In this document: positions 21,652 through 32,096 of the stretch, piece after piece
How positions within the stretch are numbered: the first letter of the stretch is position 1
Layout: each line of letters begins with the position of its first letter
From: an uncultured Nitrospiraceae bacterium
Lineage (GTDB): Bacteria > Nitrospirota > Thermodesulfovibrionia > Thermodesulfovibrionales > Dissulfurispiraceae
NCBI GenBank assembly: GCA_963705105.1
Contig: CAVPIW010000006.1
Coordinates: forward strand, 768,001-832,000
Reading direction: 5' to 3'
Length of the DNA stretch: 64,000 nt
The notes under the pieces: generated by a model
What the model was told of the DNA's origin: nothing
Database searches by the model: none
What the model saw: the letters and a program-made list of their open reading frames with translations, nothing else
Position numbers and translations under genes: made by a program

Positions 21652-21948
21652 TCACTCATTCTCCCGACCACCGAGTTCTTTCAGCCGCTGACGGGCAATT
21701 TCATCAGCGTCGGAGATCACCTCCACCTCATATCCACGGGAGCGGACTTCCGCAATCTGCGCGTCGGTGAGCAGTCCCCGGATTTCGAAGATCCCTCCTG
21801 TCAGCTCCCTGGCGGTGTGACGGAACACATCGAGATCCCAGACCTTTTGGAGATCGCCCAACGACTCGATTGTCATCGCCCTGACGCTGACAAAAAACCT
21901 GCGGCCCTGCTTCTCCCCCTGCATTATGTCACCCCTGTCAAGAGACAT
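21652..21948 (-). CDS. Stand-alone paralog of the N-terminal propeptide of the upstream M14 peptidase
   Basis: GLLTDAQIAEVRSRGYEVEVISDADEIARQR aligns with GILTDEQIEQLRAAGYIIEIVSDLDEVARER; start may be 21924. Confidence 0.75.
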   Translation of the reverse strand: MSLDRGDIMQGEKQGRRFFVSVRAMTIESLGDLQKVWDLDVFRHTARELTGGIFEIRGLLTDAQIAEVRSRGYEVEVISDADEIARQRLKELGGRENE

Positions 21949-24226
21949 CGATCTGCAGTGTGAGTCCGCCCACGGCCTTTTTCCTATGTTCGTACTGGAT
22001 TACCTGTATCACGTGACGTTCCCCCGCGGCTGCAGACTCCGGCACCCTGACCCTCAATACCATGCTCTTCCGTTCCCGCGGTTTCAGGGGCAACCGGATT
22101 CTTCCGAGCCTCAGCCCTGTAAGGGAAAACATGGGCCTGCCGTCGATCGTCACAATCCTGAACCCGCTCACAATCCGGCTCTTCTGAGGCATGGCGGATA
22201 TCATCGGGATCATGTGCTGCATCATCGCATCGTCACCCATATCAAGAAGGATTTCCGCTTTTCGCGGCGCTATGAGCTTTTTCACCACGAGTTCTCCTGC
22301 CTGATCTTCACAATGGGCGTTCCCGAAGACAAAAGGGAACTCGATGAGGTTCCCTGCCCTCGCATTGACGATTGTGATGTTCTTCTGGGCGAGATTATTG
22401 TTTTCCCAGACGTGCCTGCCCTTCAGAGAGAGGCCGTCATTGGGCGCTGCCTCGGCAAGCAGGCACGGATGCCAGTTCGTATCAGGAGGGATCAGTGAGG
22501 CAGCCCATTTCACATGGCTGATTGCGGAGGCGGCCGGAAGAATCGACGACACCAGGGCCTCACCCACGAGGTAGGTGCCGGCGCCGGTCAGGGTGCCACC
22601 TCCTGCAGGATTCTTCGGGACCCAGTCCTGAGGATGGATAAACTGGGTGCCCGCGTAATTCGTAATGTAGACGCGGACCCTCAGGTTCTGCGCCTCTGCC
22701 GGCCCCCGGTTTGTGACTCGTACGTAGATGAAATTGTCCTTCCCGCGGATGGTATTCTGGTGGATTGTCATCCCGTCTTCGATGTTACGCACCCAGATAT
22801 CGGGACTGTCCCAGAAAGGAGCGGACGACGGCGCCGTCCCCGTGTCTGCTGCGTTATCCCTGATGCAGATGTCGCTGTTCACAGCCCAGCAGAGTTCTGT
22901 CATTGCTGCGCCGACATCCTGGATGACCTTACTCATCTCCGCGAAAGGGGGAACGAACTCCGTGCCGAACTCTATGGTAAAACCGTAGACCCGATTCTTG
23001 AGGCCGCTGACAATGTTGCGGGCAAGAGCGTAGTCATCCGAAGTGGCTGTTGTGGGATAGAGTCCGACAGACTGCTGAACGGTGTAATGCTTTCCCCGGA
23101 CCGCCGACAGGGCTTTGTTCATCCTGTCTGCGAGGTTCCTGAGAGTGTTCTCGTCGACGGTCGGGATAAACTCCCGGTAGAGTGCATCGTTCACCGTCCC
23201 CCGTTTGCCGTCATAGGCGACATTCTGGAAGTTCTGTCCCGGATCCACATTCTGGTTGTTGTCATCTCCCCAGCTGTAAAGGATCAGCTCGCTGTAACTG
23301 TGGATGTCCACAAAGTAGGTAATGCCGGGGTAGTTATCAAAGAGGAACCGGACATTGCGGGTCTCCGGCTCTGAAAAGGCCGCCTGGCCTTTGTAGAGAA
23401 AGCTCGATGCAGCGGGGGACGTCCCGATGCCGCTGCTCCAGAGGAAATCGAAATTACGGTTCAGATCCACGCCCCGGTTCGAGGGATCGACGGCGGTATT
23501 CGGGTTGCGGTTCTTTCGCCACCAGACACTCTGATAACCGCCTGCCGAGGGATCATGGGTCTGACTGTAGTGCTTTCCGTCGGGATTCACGTCAGGAAAG
23601 ACAAATATGTCGATATTATTGAGGATTGTCTGCACCTGAGCCGCGGAGAAGGTCTTGCCGCCGAAGGCAAGCGGCGTCTGTGAGCGATAGGCATTGATAA
23701 GTGAAACGAGGAAGTTGATGCAGATGTCCGACCCGCCCCACTCCCGTGCGTGCATGCTTCCTGTGAAGAGCACGCCGGTACGGTTTGTCTTGCTGCCTGC
23801 CCTCAGGCGGACGGCACGGCATGTTCTGTTTTCCCACGTCGTATGCGGAAGAGCGATGAGTGTGATCAGATCAGGGTGCAGGGTGTGGAGGTTTGTGAGG
23901 GCCGACTCCACTTCGTCCGCGGTCATGTATCCGAGAATGGCGCGCTCACCGAAGTCGGCGACACCCCTTGTGTCGGCGAACCTGTTTGTCCTGGGGATGT
24001 CAGCAATCCTCTCCCGTGCCACCTCGTCCAGATCAGAGACAATCTCGATGATGTAACCGGCAGCCCTGAGCTGCTCTATCTGTTCATCCGTCAAGATACC
24101 CGGAACCACGAAGCGATCATCCGCCAATTGCCTTGCAGCGCGATGCTTCAGGTCAAGGCCGTATTCATCCAACGCCCTCAAATCTGCAAGAGTCCCGGAT
24201 ATGATGCGAACGGAAGAAATAGTCAT
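21938..24226 (-). CDS. M14 zinc carboxypeptidase with C-terminal beta-sandwich extension
   Basis: HAREW, NPDG, WRKNR, GVDLNRNF, FSEPET, DIHSY, FTIEF. Confidence 0.92.
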   Translation of the reverse strand: MTISSVRIISGTLADLRALDEYGLDLKHRAARQLADDRFVVPGILTDEQIEQLRAAGYIIEIVSDLDEVARERIADIPRTNRFADTRGVADFGERAILGYMTADEVESALTNLHTLHPDLITLIALPHTTWENRTCRAVRLRAGSKTNRTGVLFTGSMHAREWGGSDICINFLVSLINAYRSQTPLAFGGKTFSAAQVQTILNNIDIFVFPDVNPDGKHYSQTHDPSAGGYQSVWWRKNRNPNTAVDPSNRGVDLNRNFDFLWSSGIGTSPAASSFLYKGQAAFSEPETRNVRFLFDNYPGITYFVDIHSYSELILYSWGDDNNQNVDPGQNFQNVAYDGKRGTVNDALYREFIPTVDENTLRNLADRMNKALSAVRGKHYTVQQSVGLYPTTATSDDYALARNIVSGLKNRVYGFTIEFGTEFVPPFAEMSKVIQDVGAAMTELCWAVNSDICIRDNAADTGTAPSSAPFWDSPDIWVRNIEDGMTIHQNTIRGKDNFIYVRVTNRGPAEAQNLRVRVYITNYAGTQFIHPQDWVPKNPAGGGTLTGAGTYLVGEALVSSILPAASAISHVKWAASLIPPDTNWHPCLLAEAAPNDGLSLKGRHVWENNNLAQKNITIVNARAGNLIEFPFVFGNAHCEDQAGELVVKKLIAPRKAEILLDMGDDAMMQHMIPMISAMPQKSRIVSGFRIVTIDGRPMFSLTGLRLGRIRLPLKPRERKSMVLRVRVPESAAAGERHVIQVIQYEHRKKAVGGLTLQIDVS

Positions 24227-24393
24227 AGTGAATACCTCCTTTTCAATGACCTGCCCGGAAGAGGCGCGCCGGCCCTGTGGTTTCTATTATGCATTCACGT
24301 TCGCGTCGAGGAAGCTTCATGGCTTCCAAAGATCACCCCCTTCAATTGACAATCCCCGCTGACCGTCATCATGACCACACCACCTTTTAATTT

Positions 24394-24446
24394 CTTATAC
24401 CATAAGAAATGCTGTATGTCTTGACCTTTTTTCTCTTTTTTTTGAC
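24394..24446 (-). promoter_or_regulatory. Shared promoter motif, copy 1
   Basis: GTCAA direct repeats 21 bp apart; AAGACA-17 nt-TATAAG with extended TG. Confidence 0.65.
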
Positions 24447-24574
24447 ATATTTTCTTTTTCACCCTCAAGTGCGATCCACTCCTGTCCAAAATATCTTTCG
24501 ATGAATCCTTCAAAACAAGATCAGGGGTTGGCGCCTTTCGCAGGGGTTATTGGAGTGATAGGGTATACTAAGGC

Positions 24575-24886
24575 GTGGCACATGGTGCGGACAGAAAGGG
24601 GCTCGTCGCGAAGCTGAGTGAAGCCGGACGTTCCGTCAAGCGTGAGCTGACCGTCTACCGTCTCGTCGTCCGCGACGAGCGGACACCTCGCCTCGCAAAG
24701 ATTCTACTGGGAATCGCCGTGGGATATGCCCTGTTGCCCTTCGACCTCATCCCTGACTTCATCCCCGTCATCGGTCACCTGGACGACGCCGTCATCATTC
24801 CCCTTCTCGTCGTCATCGCACTGCGAATGATTCCCTCCGAAATCATCGATGACTGCCGGCAGAGAGCGGAATCGCAACGGTGCTGA
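24575..24886 (+). CDS. YkvA/DUF1232 membrane protein
   Basis: YALLPFDLIPDFIPVIGHLDD. Confidence 0.9.
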   Translation: MAHGADRKGLVAKLSEAGRSVKRELTVYRLVVRDERTPRLAKILLGIAVGYALLPFDLIPDFIPVIGHLDDAVIIPLLVVIALRMIPSEIIDDCRQRAESQRC

Positions 24887-24934
24887 CGGCGTCCGCCGTC
24901 ACAGACGGGCTGCAGGCTGTCAAGCTTCTGCATA

Positions 24935-25540
24935 GTACCTGGCTGAAATCACGGCCGAATCGCGGCTCAAAAAAAGAATGCTCTGCAGAGGTCAGCGGCG
25001 AACCTGCTCCCCTCTGTGACAGGATCGACGATTCGGCTGAAGAACTGAGAGACGGGGTTCCGCTCCCCTCCTCTCCTTTCGCCCGGATCGGCTCTTCTCT
25101 CTCCTCAACCTGCCTCTGGACGAGTGGTGTGATTCTCAAAGATCGGCGCTTTGGCCGAATGATCTCCTCTTCCCCGCACGAGGGGCCTTTGGCAAAGGGT
25201 CAACCCGGCTTCATCTGAACAGCAGAATTATTGCCTTCACTGACACTTACACTTGCACTGACACTGTCTTTTTCCGGCATCCGCATCACCTGCTCCGCCA
25301 CCCGGTCCGCTTCCTGTTCATAGATATCATTGGGCCGGCCGATTGTTAACTCTTGCCTGCAAACATGCCAGAGCTAAATAGTCGCTGCACTGCCATGTTG
25401 CCAATGGTCCTGTGGAGGAAAGGGATTCGGTCAATAGGCGCATTTGTTGGTTGCGAGGAAACCGACCTCCGCGTCTTAGTAGCCGGATTTCCTTTCTTTG
25501 ACTCGGGCGTTCTAATCGGCAATCCTGCTCTGTCCCCCAT
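24935..25540 (-). pseudogene. Truncated, frameshifted DUF4157 effector gene with in-frame UGA at 25200-25202
   Basis: LHRTIGNMAVQRL; frameshift near 25350; EQEADRVAEQVMRMP...KPG*PFAKGPSCGEEE...FFEPRFGRDFSQV, then homology breaks off. Confidence 0.8.
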
Positions 25541-25581
25541 GAATGGAACCTAAATGGGCGCTGTCCCTATTTTCGACTTCG

Positions 25582-26383
25582 TCACACCTGCACTGTCTTC
25601 AGGAACTTGTTGCAGACCCACCCTTCGATGTCGCTCGGGCCTTCCACATCAACCTTAGACCACCGGTCTCGCTGCTCAAGAATGATCACCCTTGTCCCGC
25701 GGAGGAGGGGCGAAGCGACCGTCTCGTATTCGATGCCCGGGCCGCTCCGGATGTTCAGGCTGTCGACAATGACCTCGCAGGTGTCGTTCTCATCTTCGGA
25801 CCTGCCAAATACCTTTGCGCGGATGTTCATGAGGGGGAAGGCAGGACCGGGATCGCACTTCCTCCCCGGCGCGATGTCATCGTGTCCGACGATGTCCTTC
25901 AACTTGTAGGTCTGCACGATAAGCAGGGCCAAATCCAATGCCTTTTCGATCTGAGCCTCCGTGTAGGCGTGCCAATAGGAACAGATCCTGCTCGAACTTG
26001 TGTTTCGCCTGAACGACCACATCCTCGCCGTACTCGGACTGAAACCAGGCGCGGTAGGTCGTGCCCACTTTGGTCAGTCTGCCTGCGTTGTCCATTTCGA
26101 TGCCGATGGAGTGGCTGTTCAGGCCGGTCAGCCCTTCCCAGTGGCTCGTTCCCGCATGCCACGTCACGACATTGAAAGGGGCCAACTGGGTGATGGTCCC
26201 GTCCCGCCCGATCACCAGATGGGCCGAGGCACCGGCGCGGGGGTCGCATAGCCACTCGACGGAAGATGCTGCGCTCCTCCCCCCGGTGAAGTGAAACACC
26301 AGGTACATCGGCTCCATGGAGCCGCCCCTGTTCGGCGTCTCAACCTGTGTAATGCCCTGCATTCGATGATTGCGGATCTTCAT
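25582..26383 (-). pseudogene. N-acetylmuramoyl-L-alanine amidase (AmpD-like) with SH3b domain; one frameshift near 25978
   Basis: VFHFT, ASAHLVIGRDG, WHAG and SIGIEM in one frame; GHDDIAPGRKCDPGPAFP and LNIRSGPG in another; could be an assembly indel. Confidence 0.85.
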
Positions 26384-26434
26384 AAGACCTCCTTTGGTTC
26401 ACTTTTTCGTTCTCAGCCACACCCGTGCAATTTT

Positions 26435-27240
26435 TCAACAATACTCTACCCTGCCGCCGAGGTACCTTTTGCCGTCGAAGGAATAGACCGTGACGCCCAT
26501 GCCCTCGGTCACCGGGCCGAATTTTCGATCCACCCCGTCTCCCCGGGGACCGAAGGCGCCGAGATTGTACCCGAGGTCGACAAGCGCCTGCTGCACAAGC
26601 CCAACGGCAACACGCCTGCTTGCCCATCTCACCAGGGTTCGCGTGCCGTTGAAGACGTCCATGATCGTCGTTTCCTGCGGAAAAAAGACCGGACTGGTTC
26701 TACCGGCAAGAGCCACCGGATCGCATTGTCTCTGCAACAGGGCGGCACTCTCATTCTGCTGCATCACATGTGTCAACTCGTGGGCGAGAAGCCCTTTGCC
26801 TGCCGAAGATCCTGAGGAGCACTCCCCCTGGCCGAAAAAAACGTCACGACCAATCGTGAAAGCCCTGGCCTGGACCATTTCCGTCAATGAATCTGCCTGA
26901 CTGTCCGTATGCAGACGCACTTGGCTAAGGTCACGACCGAACCGTGGCTCAAAGAAAGAACGTTCTCCGGTTGTAAGCGGCGAACCGGCTCCCCTCTGTG
27001 ACAGGATCAACGATTCAACGACAGAACTGAGAGGCGGGGTTCCACCCTTGTCTCCCTTCGCCTGGATCGGCTCCTCCTTTTCGACCTCCCTCTGAAGGAG
27101 TGGTGTGATCATCAAAGGTCGGCGCTTTGGCCGAATGATCTCCTCCTCCCCGCACGAGGGTCCTTTTGCAAAGGGTCAACCCGGCTTCATCTGAACTGCG
27201 GAATTATTGCCTTCACTGACACTCACACTGCCACTGACAC
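26435..27240 (-). pseudogene. 5'-truncated DUF4157 effector gene with in-frame UGA at 27176-27178 and a peptidoglycan-binding domain
   Basis: KPG*PFAKGPSCGEEE...ARAFTIGRDVFF...LLAHELTHVMQQ...VQQALVDLGY..DGVDRKFGP. Confidence 0.8.
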
Positions 27241-27295
27241 GGTTTTTTTAAAGCGCTTCGCCCCGCCCTTTCACATAGCTGGACGGTTCACCCCG

Positions 27296-27751
27296 TCATT
27301 TGCAGACTTCCATGAGGATCTTCAACTCCTCGTCGAGTATTCTGCCCGGCACGGAAGCCAGATTCGTTTCGCTGAAGGTCTTCTCGAAGTAGTTTCTCTG
27401 GAACCCCACAATCCCGAAGTAGGGTTTCTTGTCCCGCAGGGAGACGATCTTGGCGACACCGAATTTTGCCCCCGGCTCCACCTTTTTTACGTCAACCTCA
27501 AGAAAATCGTTGCGTGTAAGCTTTTCCTTGATGCACTTGAGGGGTTTTTCGGCGTCGTCGAAGAAGACGATGTAGACATCCAGCCGCCCTGCCGTAGGGT
27601 TTACAATCTGGAACACCGTATGAGTGTCCCTCAGGTCGTAGGTGCCTACGAGATAGCTGCTGAAGGACCCACCCCCCTGAGCATAAACCGACGCCGTACA
27701 AAACATCATGGAACACAACAGAATGCCGGCACAAATCGCGATCTTCCTCAT
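27296..27751 (-). CDS. Secreted hypothetical protein
   Basis: RBS AGGAGG; signal peptide MRKIAICAGILL...VYA. Confidence 0.75.
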   Translation of the reverse strand: MRKIAICAGILLCSMMFCTASVYAQGGGSFSSYLVGTYDLRDTHTVFQIVNPTAGRLDVYIVFFDDAEKPLKCIKEKLTRNDFLEVDVKKVEPGAKFGVAKIVSLRDKKPYFGIVGFQRNYFEKTFSETNLASVPGRILDEELKILMEVCK

Positions 27752-27880
27752 CTCAGACCTCCTTGCACAACGTGGGCAATCTAAAGGGGTCAAGGACCCC
27801 AGGATTAGAGTGTGTGTCCCGTAGAAACAAGACAGTGATTCACTGTGTCGTCTCAAGAGTCACATCGTCTGTTCAATGTC

Positions 27881-28088
27881 AGCCTTATCGTTGCAATAGT
27901 ACATCCGGAAAGGCGGGGCGAAGATGCCGAAAAGCCTTGGTGCTGAGAAACCTATGCCGTCCCATACGGATTATTTCAAGCGTATGGTTGATCGCACAAA
28001 AGATGAGATCCCGAATGTCCCATTTCAAATGATCATGCTCGCTATCAGCAAGGCTTTGAGGCACTTTGTCCCGCCTTTTCATGCAACC
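27881..28088. repeat. Intergenic palindromic repeat copy
   Basis: GCCTTATCGTTGCA..GGAAAGGCGGGGCGAAGATGCC ... GGCACTTTGTCCCGCCTTTTCATGCAAC. Confidence 0.85.
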
Positions 28089-28111
28089 GAAAGGTCAACC
28101 TGCATGCGCAC

Positions 28112-28531
28112 CTATTTCTTCGCTTTCATCGTCTTCACTGCCGCCAGGTATCCGTTCAGAGAGACCGAATAGTGCTCGCCTGCAGGAGGATTGGCGTCGG
28201 TAAAGACGATCACCTTCTTCTTCGGCTCGATGACATGCCCCGTGTGAAAATGACACTGCTGCGTCGCCTTCGGCGGCACAAAGAACTGGATGAGTATGCG
28301 CGTCGTACCGTCCGGGTTCTGCTCGGCGATGTTGACGGTGTGGCCTTTCTTGACATCACCCTGGGGGTTGTAGAGAACATCGGTCAAAACGAGCTTTTTG
28401 TCTTTCGGCACCGCCTCAAAGACGGTGTTCGAAAACTCCGGCAGCCATTGCACCGTGTCCGTCGTGCCGGCGCCGGCGCTGACCGCAACTGCATGACCAT
28501 CGACCTGAGTATGCTTGGATTCATCGTACAT
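28112..28531 (-). CDS. Hypothetical protein
   Basis: RBS AAGGAG, genome-typical codon usage. Confidence 0.75.
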   Translation of the reverse strand: MYDESKHTQVDGHAVAVSAGAGTTDTVQWLPEFSNTVFEAVPKDKKLVLTDVLYNPQGDVKKGHTVNIAEQNPDGTTRILIQFFVPPKATQQCHFHTGHVIEPKKKVIVFTDANPPAGEHYSVSLNGYLAAVKTMKAKK

Positions 28532-28579
28532 GGCTTAATCTCCTTCTCTTGGTGGAGCGTCGCTACTAGTCTGACGCCA

Positions 28580-29314
28580 CTACCTCGTGTAAAAGACGTA
28601 GAATTCCACATGCGCCGCTTTTCTGACCGCGCAAATCTCGCAATTCTTCACCGGCTGCTGATAGGCCCCCGTTCCGTTGAGGAAATTCATTACGTCATCC
28701 GCATCCGTCGCCTTTTTCCAGCCCCAGCCCGTGATAGGGGGCGATCCCGGGACTCTCTGATAGAAGACGTAGTACTCCGTGTGCCCCTCCTTCTCCATCG
28801 CCGCGATCCTGGCAGCCGTGACCGGTCTCTGATAGGCCCCCGTTCCGTTCAGAAAATTCATCACATCATCGGGGTCAGTCGCCAGTTTCCATCCCCAGAG
28901 CCCCGAATCATGAGGCGCCGTTCCGGCCTGATAAAAAACGTAGAACTCCGGGTGATTGCCTTTCCACATCAGGCTGATCCGTGCGTCCTTGACGGGGTGC
29001 TGATATGCTCCCTTGCCGTTGATGAAGTTGTGCACATCATCGACATCAGTGGCCAATTTCCATCCCCAATTACCTGCACTCTGCCCGGCCGTGCCGGCCT
29101 GGTAGAAGACGTGATATTCGGGATACGTCTCTTTCCACACAAGGGTGATCCGGGCGTCCTTCACCGGAGCGGTGTACGGCGCCTGACCGTTCATAAATTT
29201 CATGACATCGTCGGGATCGGTCGCTTTCTTCCAGCCCCAGGAGCCGGGCACGCAGGCAATGACCCCAATCACGACACACAAAATCAGACCGACGCGAACA
29301 TGCGATTGTCTCAT
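28580..29314 (-). CDS. Secreted protein of four ~55-aa tandem repeats
   Basis: 4 x WGWK(K/L)ATD.DDV..F.NG...Y..PV....I.......E.YVFY. Confidence 0.85.
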   Translation of the reverse strand: MRQSHVRVGLILCVVIGVIACVPGSWGWKKATDPDDVMKFMNGQAPYTAPVKDARITLVWKETYPEYHVFYQAGTAGQSAGNWGWKLATDVDDVHNFINGKGAYQHPVKDARISLMWKGNHPEFYVFYQAGTAPHDSGLWGWKLATDPDDVMNFLNGTGAYQRPVTAARIAAMEKEGHTEYYVFYQRVPGSPPITGWGWKKATDADDVMNFLNGTGAYQQPVKNCEICAVRKAAHVEFYVFYTR

Positions 29315-29396
29315 TTCACGTCCCTCCTTTCATGAAACATTTGCGAACTGTTGAAAGCATTCACGGGCCTTGCCAAAAACGTCAAGATTATATTTT

Positions 29397-29449
29397 CATA
29401 TACCACAAAAAAAGCCTCTTGTCTTGACATTTTTTCTCTTTTTTTTGAC
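29397..29449 (-). promoter_or_regulatory. Shared promoter motif, copy 2
   Basis: GTCAA repeats 21 bp apart; AAGACA-17 nt-TATATG with extended TG. Confidence 0.65.
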
Positions 29450-29544
29450 ATATTTTCTTTTTATTAGACGATATCACCCCACTGAAGGAAGCGCCGGGCG
29501 CTTCGCCTCGCCTTTTTGCGCAACTGGAGGGGTATAATTACGCT

Positions 29545-30250
29545 ATGACCGATCCAGGGATACGAGTCGAGCCGATTTCCGTCGAAAACACATGCGGAGA
29601 GATGCTGAAGGGCGATTTATACAGGGCTTCTCAGCAAATTACGCATCTTGTCATCGTCTGCCACGGGCTGGGCATGGACAAGGACCATAGACTCATGAAG
29701 AGCATCTGTGAGAAATTCTCGCTCAGCGGCGTCAACGCATTCACCTTCAGCTTCAGCGGTTACGCCCATAGTGACGGCAAACAGCAGAATGCCTCCTATA
29801 CAAAGCAGGCGCGGGTCCTCTGTTCTGTCATCGACTACTTACCTACAGGCATCGCGAGGGAGACGGAGCCAAAGAGAGAAAGTGTTACAGGATCACGTCT
29901 GTCATAGGTCACAGCGTCGGCGGAACGGCTGCAATCCGCCAGGCCGCTTTTGACAGCCGCATCAAGTCGTTACTGCTCATCGCACCGAGGATAGACAACA
30001 GAAACTCGATCGTCGTGAAAGCCGTCGAGGAGAAGGAAGGCAGAGGGCTCGGCGAGGTCTGCCACAAGATTCACTTGCGATCCCGCTGCCTGCAGTATGG
30101 TCCAGACCGGATTGTCACCAGGCTTCTTGATCCTCTGCACAATGGATAAATCCCAGCAGCGGTGAAGCCGCTGAATGACTTTCCTGTTCTGATGATTGCC
30201 TCGCTCACTTTGTGTACTTCTTTGCATTTTTTGAAATCCCACTTTGCCAT
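29545..30250 (+). pseudogene. Degraded alpha/beta hydrolase
   Basis: IVCHGLG...FSFSGYAHSDG in the first ORF; nucleophile motif IGHSVGG (~29904-29924) lies in a shifted frame. Confidence 0.7.
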
Positions 30251-30326
30251 AACGTGAATCGCGATGATCCGACGCACGCTCTGAAGAGGCGGCTTGTACC
30301 GGAACCGAGTGGAGGGTCCGTAAGGG

Positions 30327-31676
30327 TCACGGCTTTGTTGCTTCCGAAGGGGGACATGTCAAGACAGCGCCCCTGAAGGGGTCGATGGCGGACTGGGCAT
30401 TCTGGGCATCGACCTTCCACTGCTCCTGCATGGCCGCTGCTTTCTCCTGCGCCTTGGCCATGGCATCGGTTTCGTCGTCACCTGTCACGCTGAAACTGAC
30501 CGCCCTGAAACGACCTTGAAGCGTCCCCCTCCATTTCTCGCCGATCCTCCGGTGACTTGCCTCGTGCGCACCCAGGACACCCATCATCACGTTCCATGCT
30601 TCCAGTTCGGCATCGCGGTTCTTCCTCGCCGACGGAGACCATTCCGGCTCGTCGACAGGACAATCGACGCTGACGCTGAGACCCTTGTGACCCTTGACGG
30701 TGGCCTTCACCTTTCCGTTCTTCAGCGTCTTGAAGCTGACATTCAGGTCGCCCTCAAAGGTATAGTCGCACCTCGTCTCGGCCCATTCGGGAAGGTAGGG
30801 CGAGTTTGAATTCAGCCAACCGACCACCTGATCGCATCGCAAGTGCTCTGGGACGGTATACCGCTGGATCACAAACGCAGACGCATCGTCACCGAAGGAC
30901 TGCCTGGAGAGTGCATTTACGCCCTCGTGGCCGGACGAGCCCCGGGAAGGTTGCTCAGGGGCGCCATGACCGGTCTGCTGGATTGAATGGGTCAGTTCAT
31001 GGGCCAAGAGCCTCATACCCTCACCCGAGTGAGGGGCATACTCTCCCCTCCCGAAGGCGATGTGACGTCCGAAAGTGAAGGCACGGGCGTTCAGCAGTCG
31101 CGCCGTGTCGGCAGCCCTCGTATCCGTGTGCACCCTTATGTCGCTGAAATCCTGCCCAAAGCGCCACTCAACGTCAGAGCGGACAGAATCCGGAAGGGGC
31201 TGCCCGCCATGCTTGAGCGCCCCGAATGCAGACTCGAAAGTCGGTCCTTTCTCCCCCTGTGAAGGAGTCCCTTTCGTCTGCAACTCTTCCTCTTCTCCCG
31301 GCGCCTTCTGACGCCGTAAAGTCGCGTCATACAGACTCGTCAGGAGATCCTCCTTTTTTTCCTCTGCCTGGCGATGGATTCGGGTAGTGCCATTCTGAGG
31401 CTCCCGACGACGAAGTTCTTTCTCCCCGCACGAGGGACTGTGTAGGTTTCAGGTCGGCTTCCGCAGGACCTTGTCAGCCACCTCGTCTGCCTCCCGCTCC
31501 AAAGGATCATGTGGACTGCCGACCCGGAGTTTTGCCCGGACCATGGAGACAGTTCGGGATAGGAACTCCGCATCGTTCCCCACAGACGGTCTTTGAAGTG
31601 AAAGCTTCGCCGTCATACGGCCAGGGTGCGCACGAAGGGTAGATCCGTGAGATCTCTTGTCCGCCTTTACAGCCAT
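30327..31676 (-). CDS. DUF4157 eCIS effector, putative selenoprotein (UGA codon 76); 449 aa on read-through; C-terminal HEASH zincin-like motif
   Basis: ORFs 31449-31676 and 30327-31283 share a frame and are joined by 55 sense codons; KPT*NLHSPSCGEKE; LLAHELTHSIQQ. Confidence 0.85.
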
Positions 31677-32096
31677 GATTTGTTCACCTCACCAGGATTA
31701 TAAGATCTGAAAATCTCACATTTGTGAGCACAGATCATGGGCATCCGCCCACACGGCGATTCCATTTCTGCGAGGGAAGTCAAGATCGATGCACGATCAC
31801 CTTGCAGCGTCAGTGTTACATTCCCCTTTCCAAACGTGATAAGTCCACTTCTTCATTAACATCCCCCTCGCCTTCAGGTGATGGTGCGCCACTTCACGAA
31901 AACCATCCAATGTGTGCCTATCCCAATCCCTCCCGCGGCCTATGCCGTGCCGTGACCCGTCCGGTAACCCGGTCCGCCTATTGCTTCATAGATATCATGT
32001 GGCTGGCCGATTTACCAGGAAGTTCTTCTTGTCCTAAAATGGCAGTTGTCCCCGATTTCAGCATTTCCAATGCAAAAACCTACTCGCGTACCTATA

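Noticed and set aside
166..28088. Integron attC sites
   Set aside because: No integrase, no consistent RYYYAAC/GTTRRRY ends, mixed orientations, and the repeats flank housekeeping genes.
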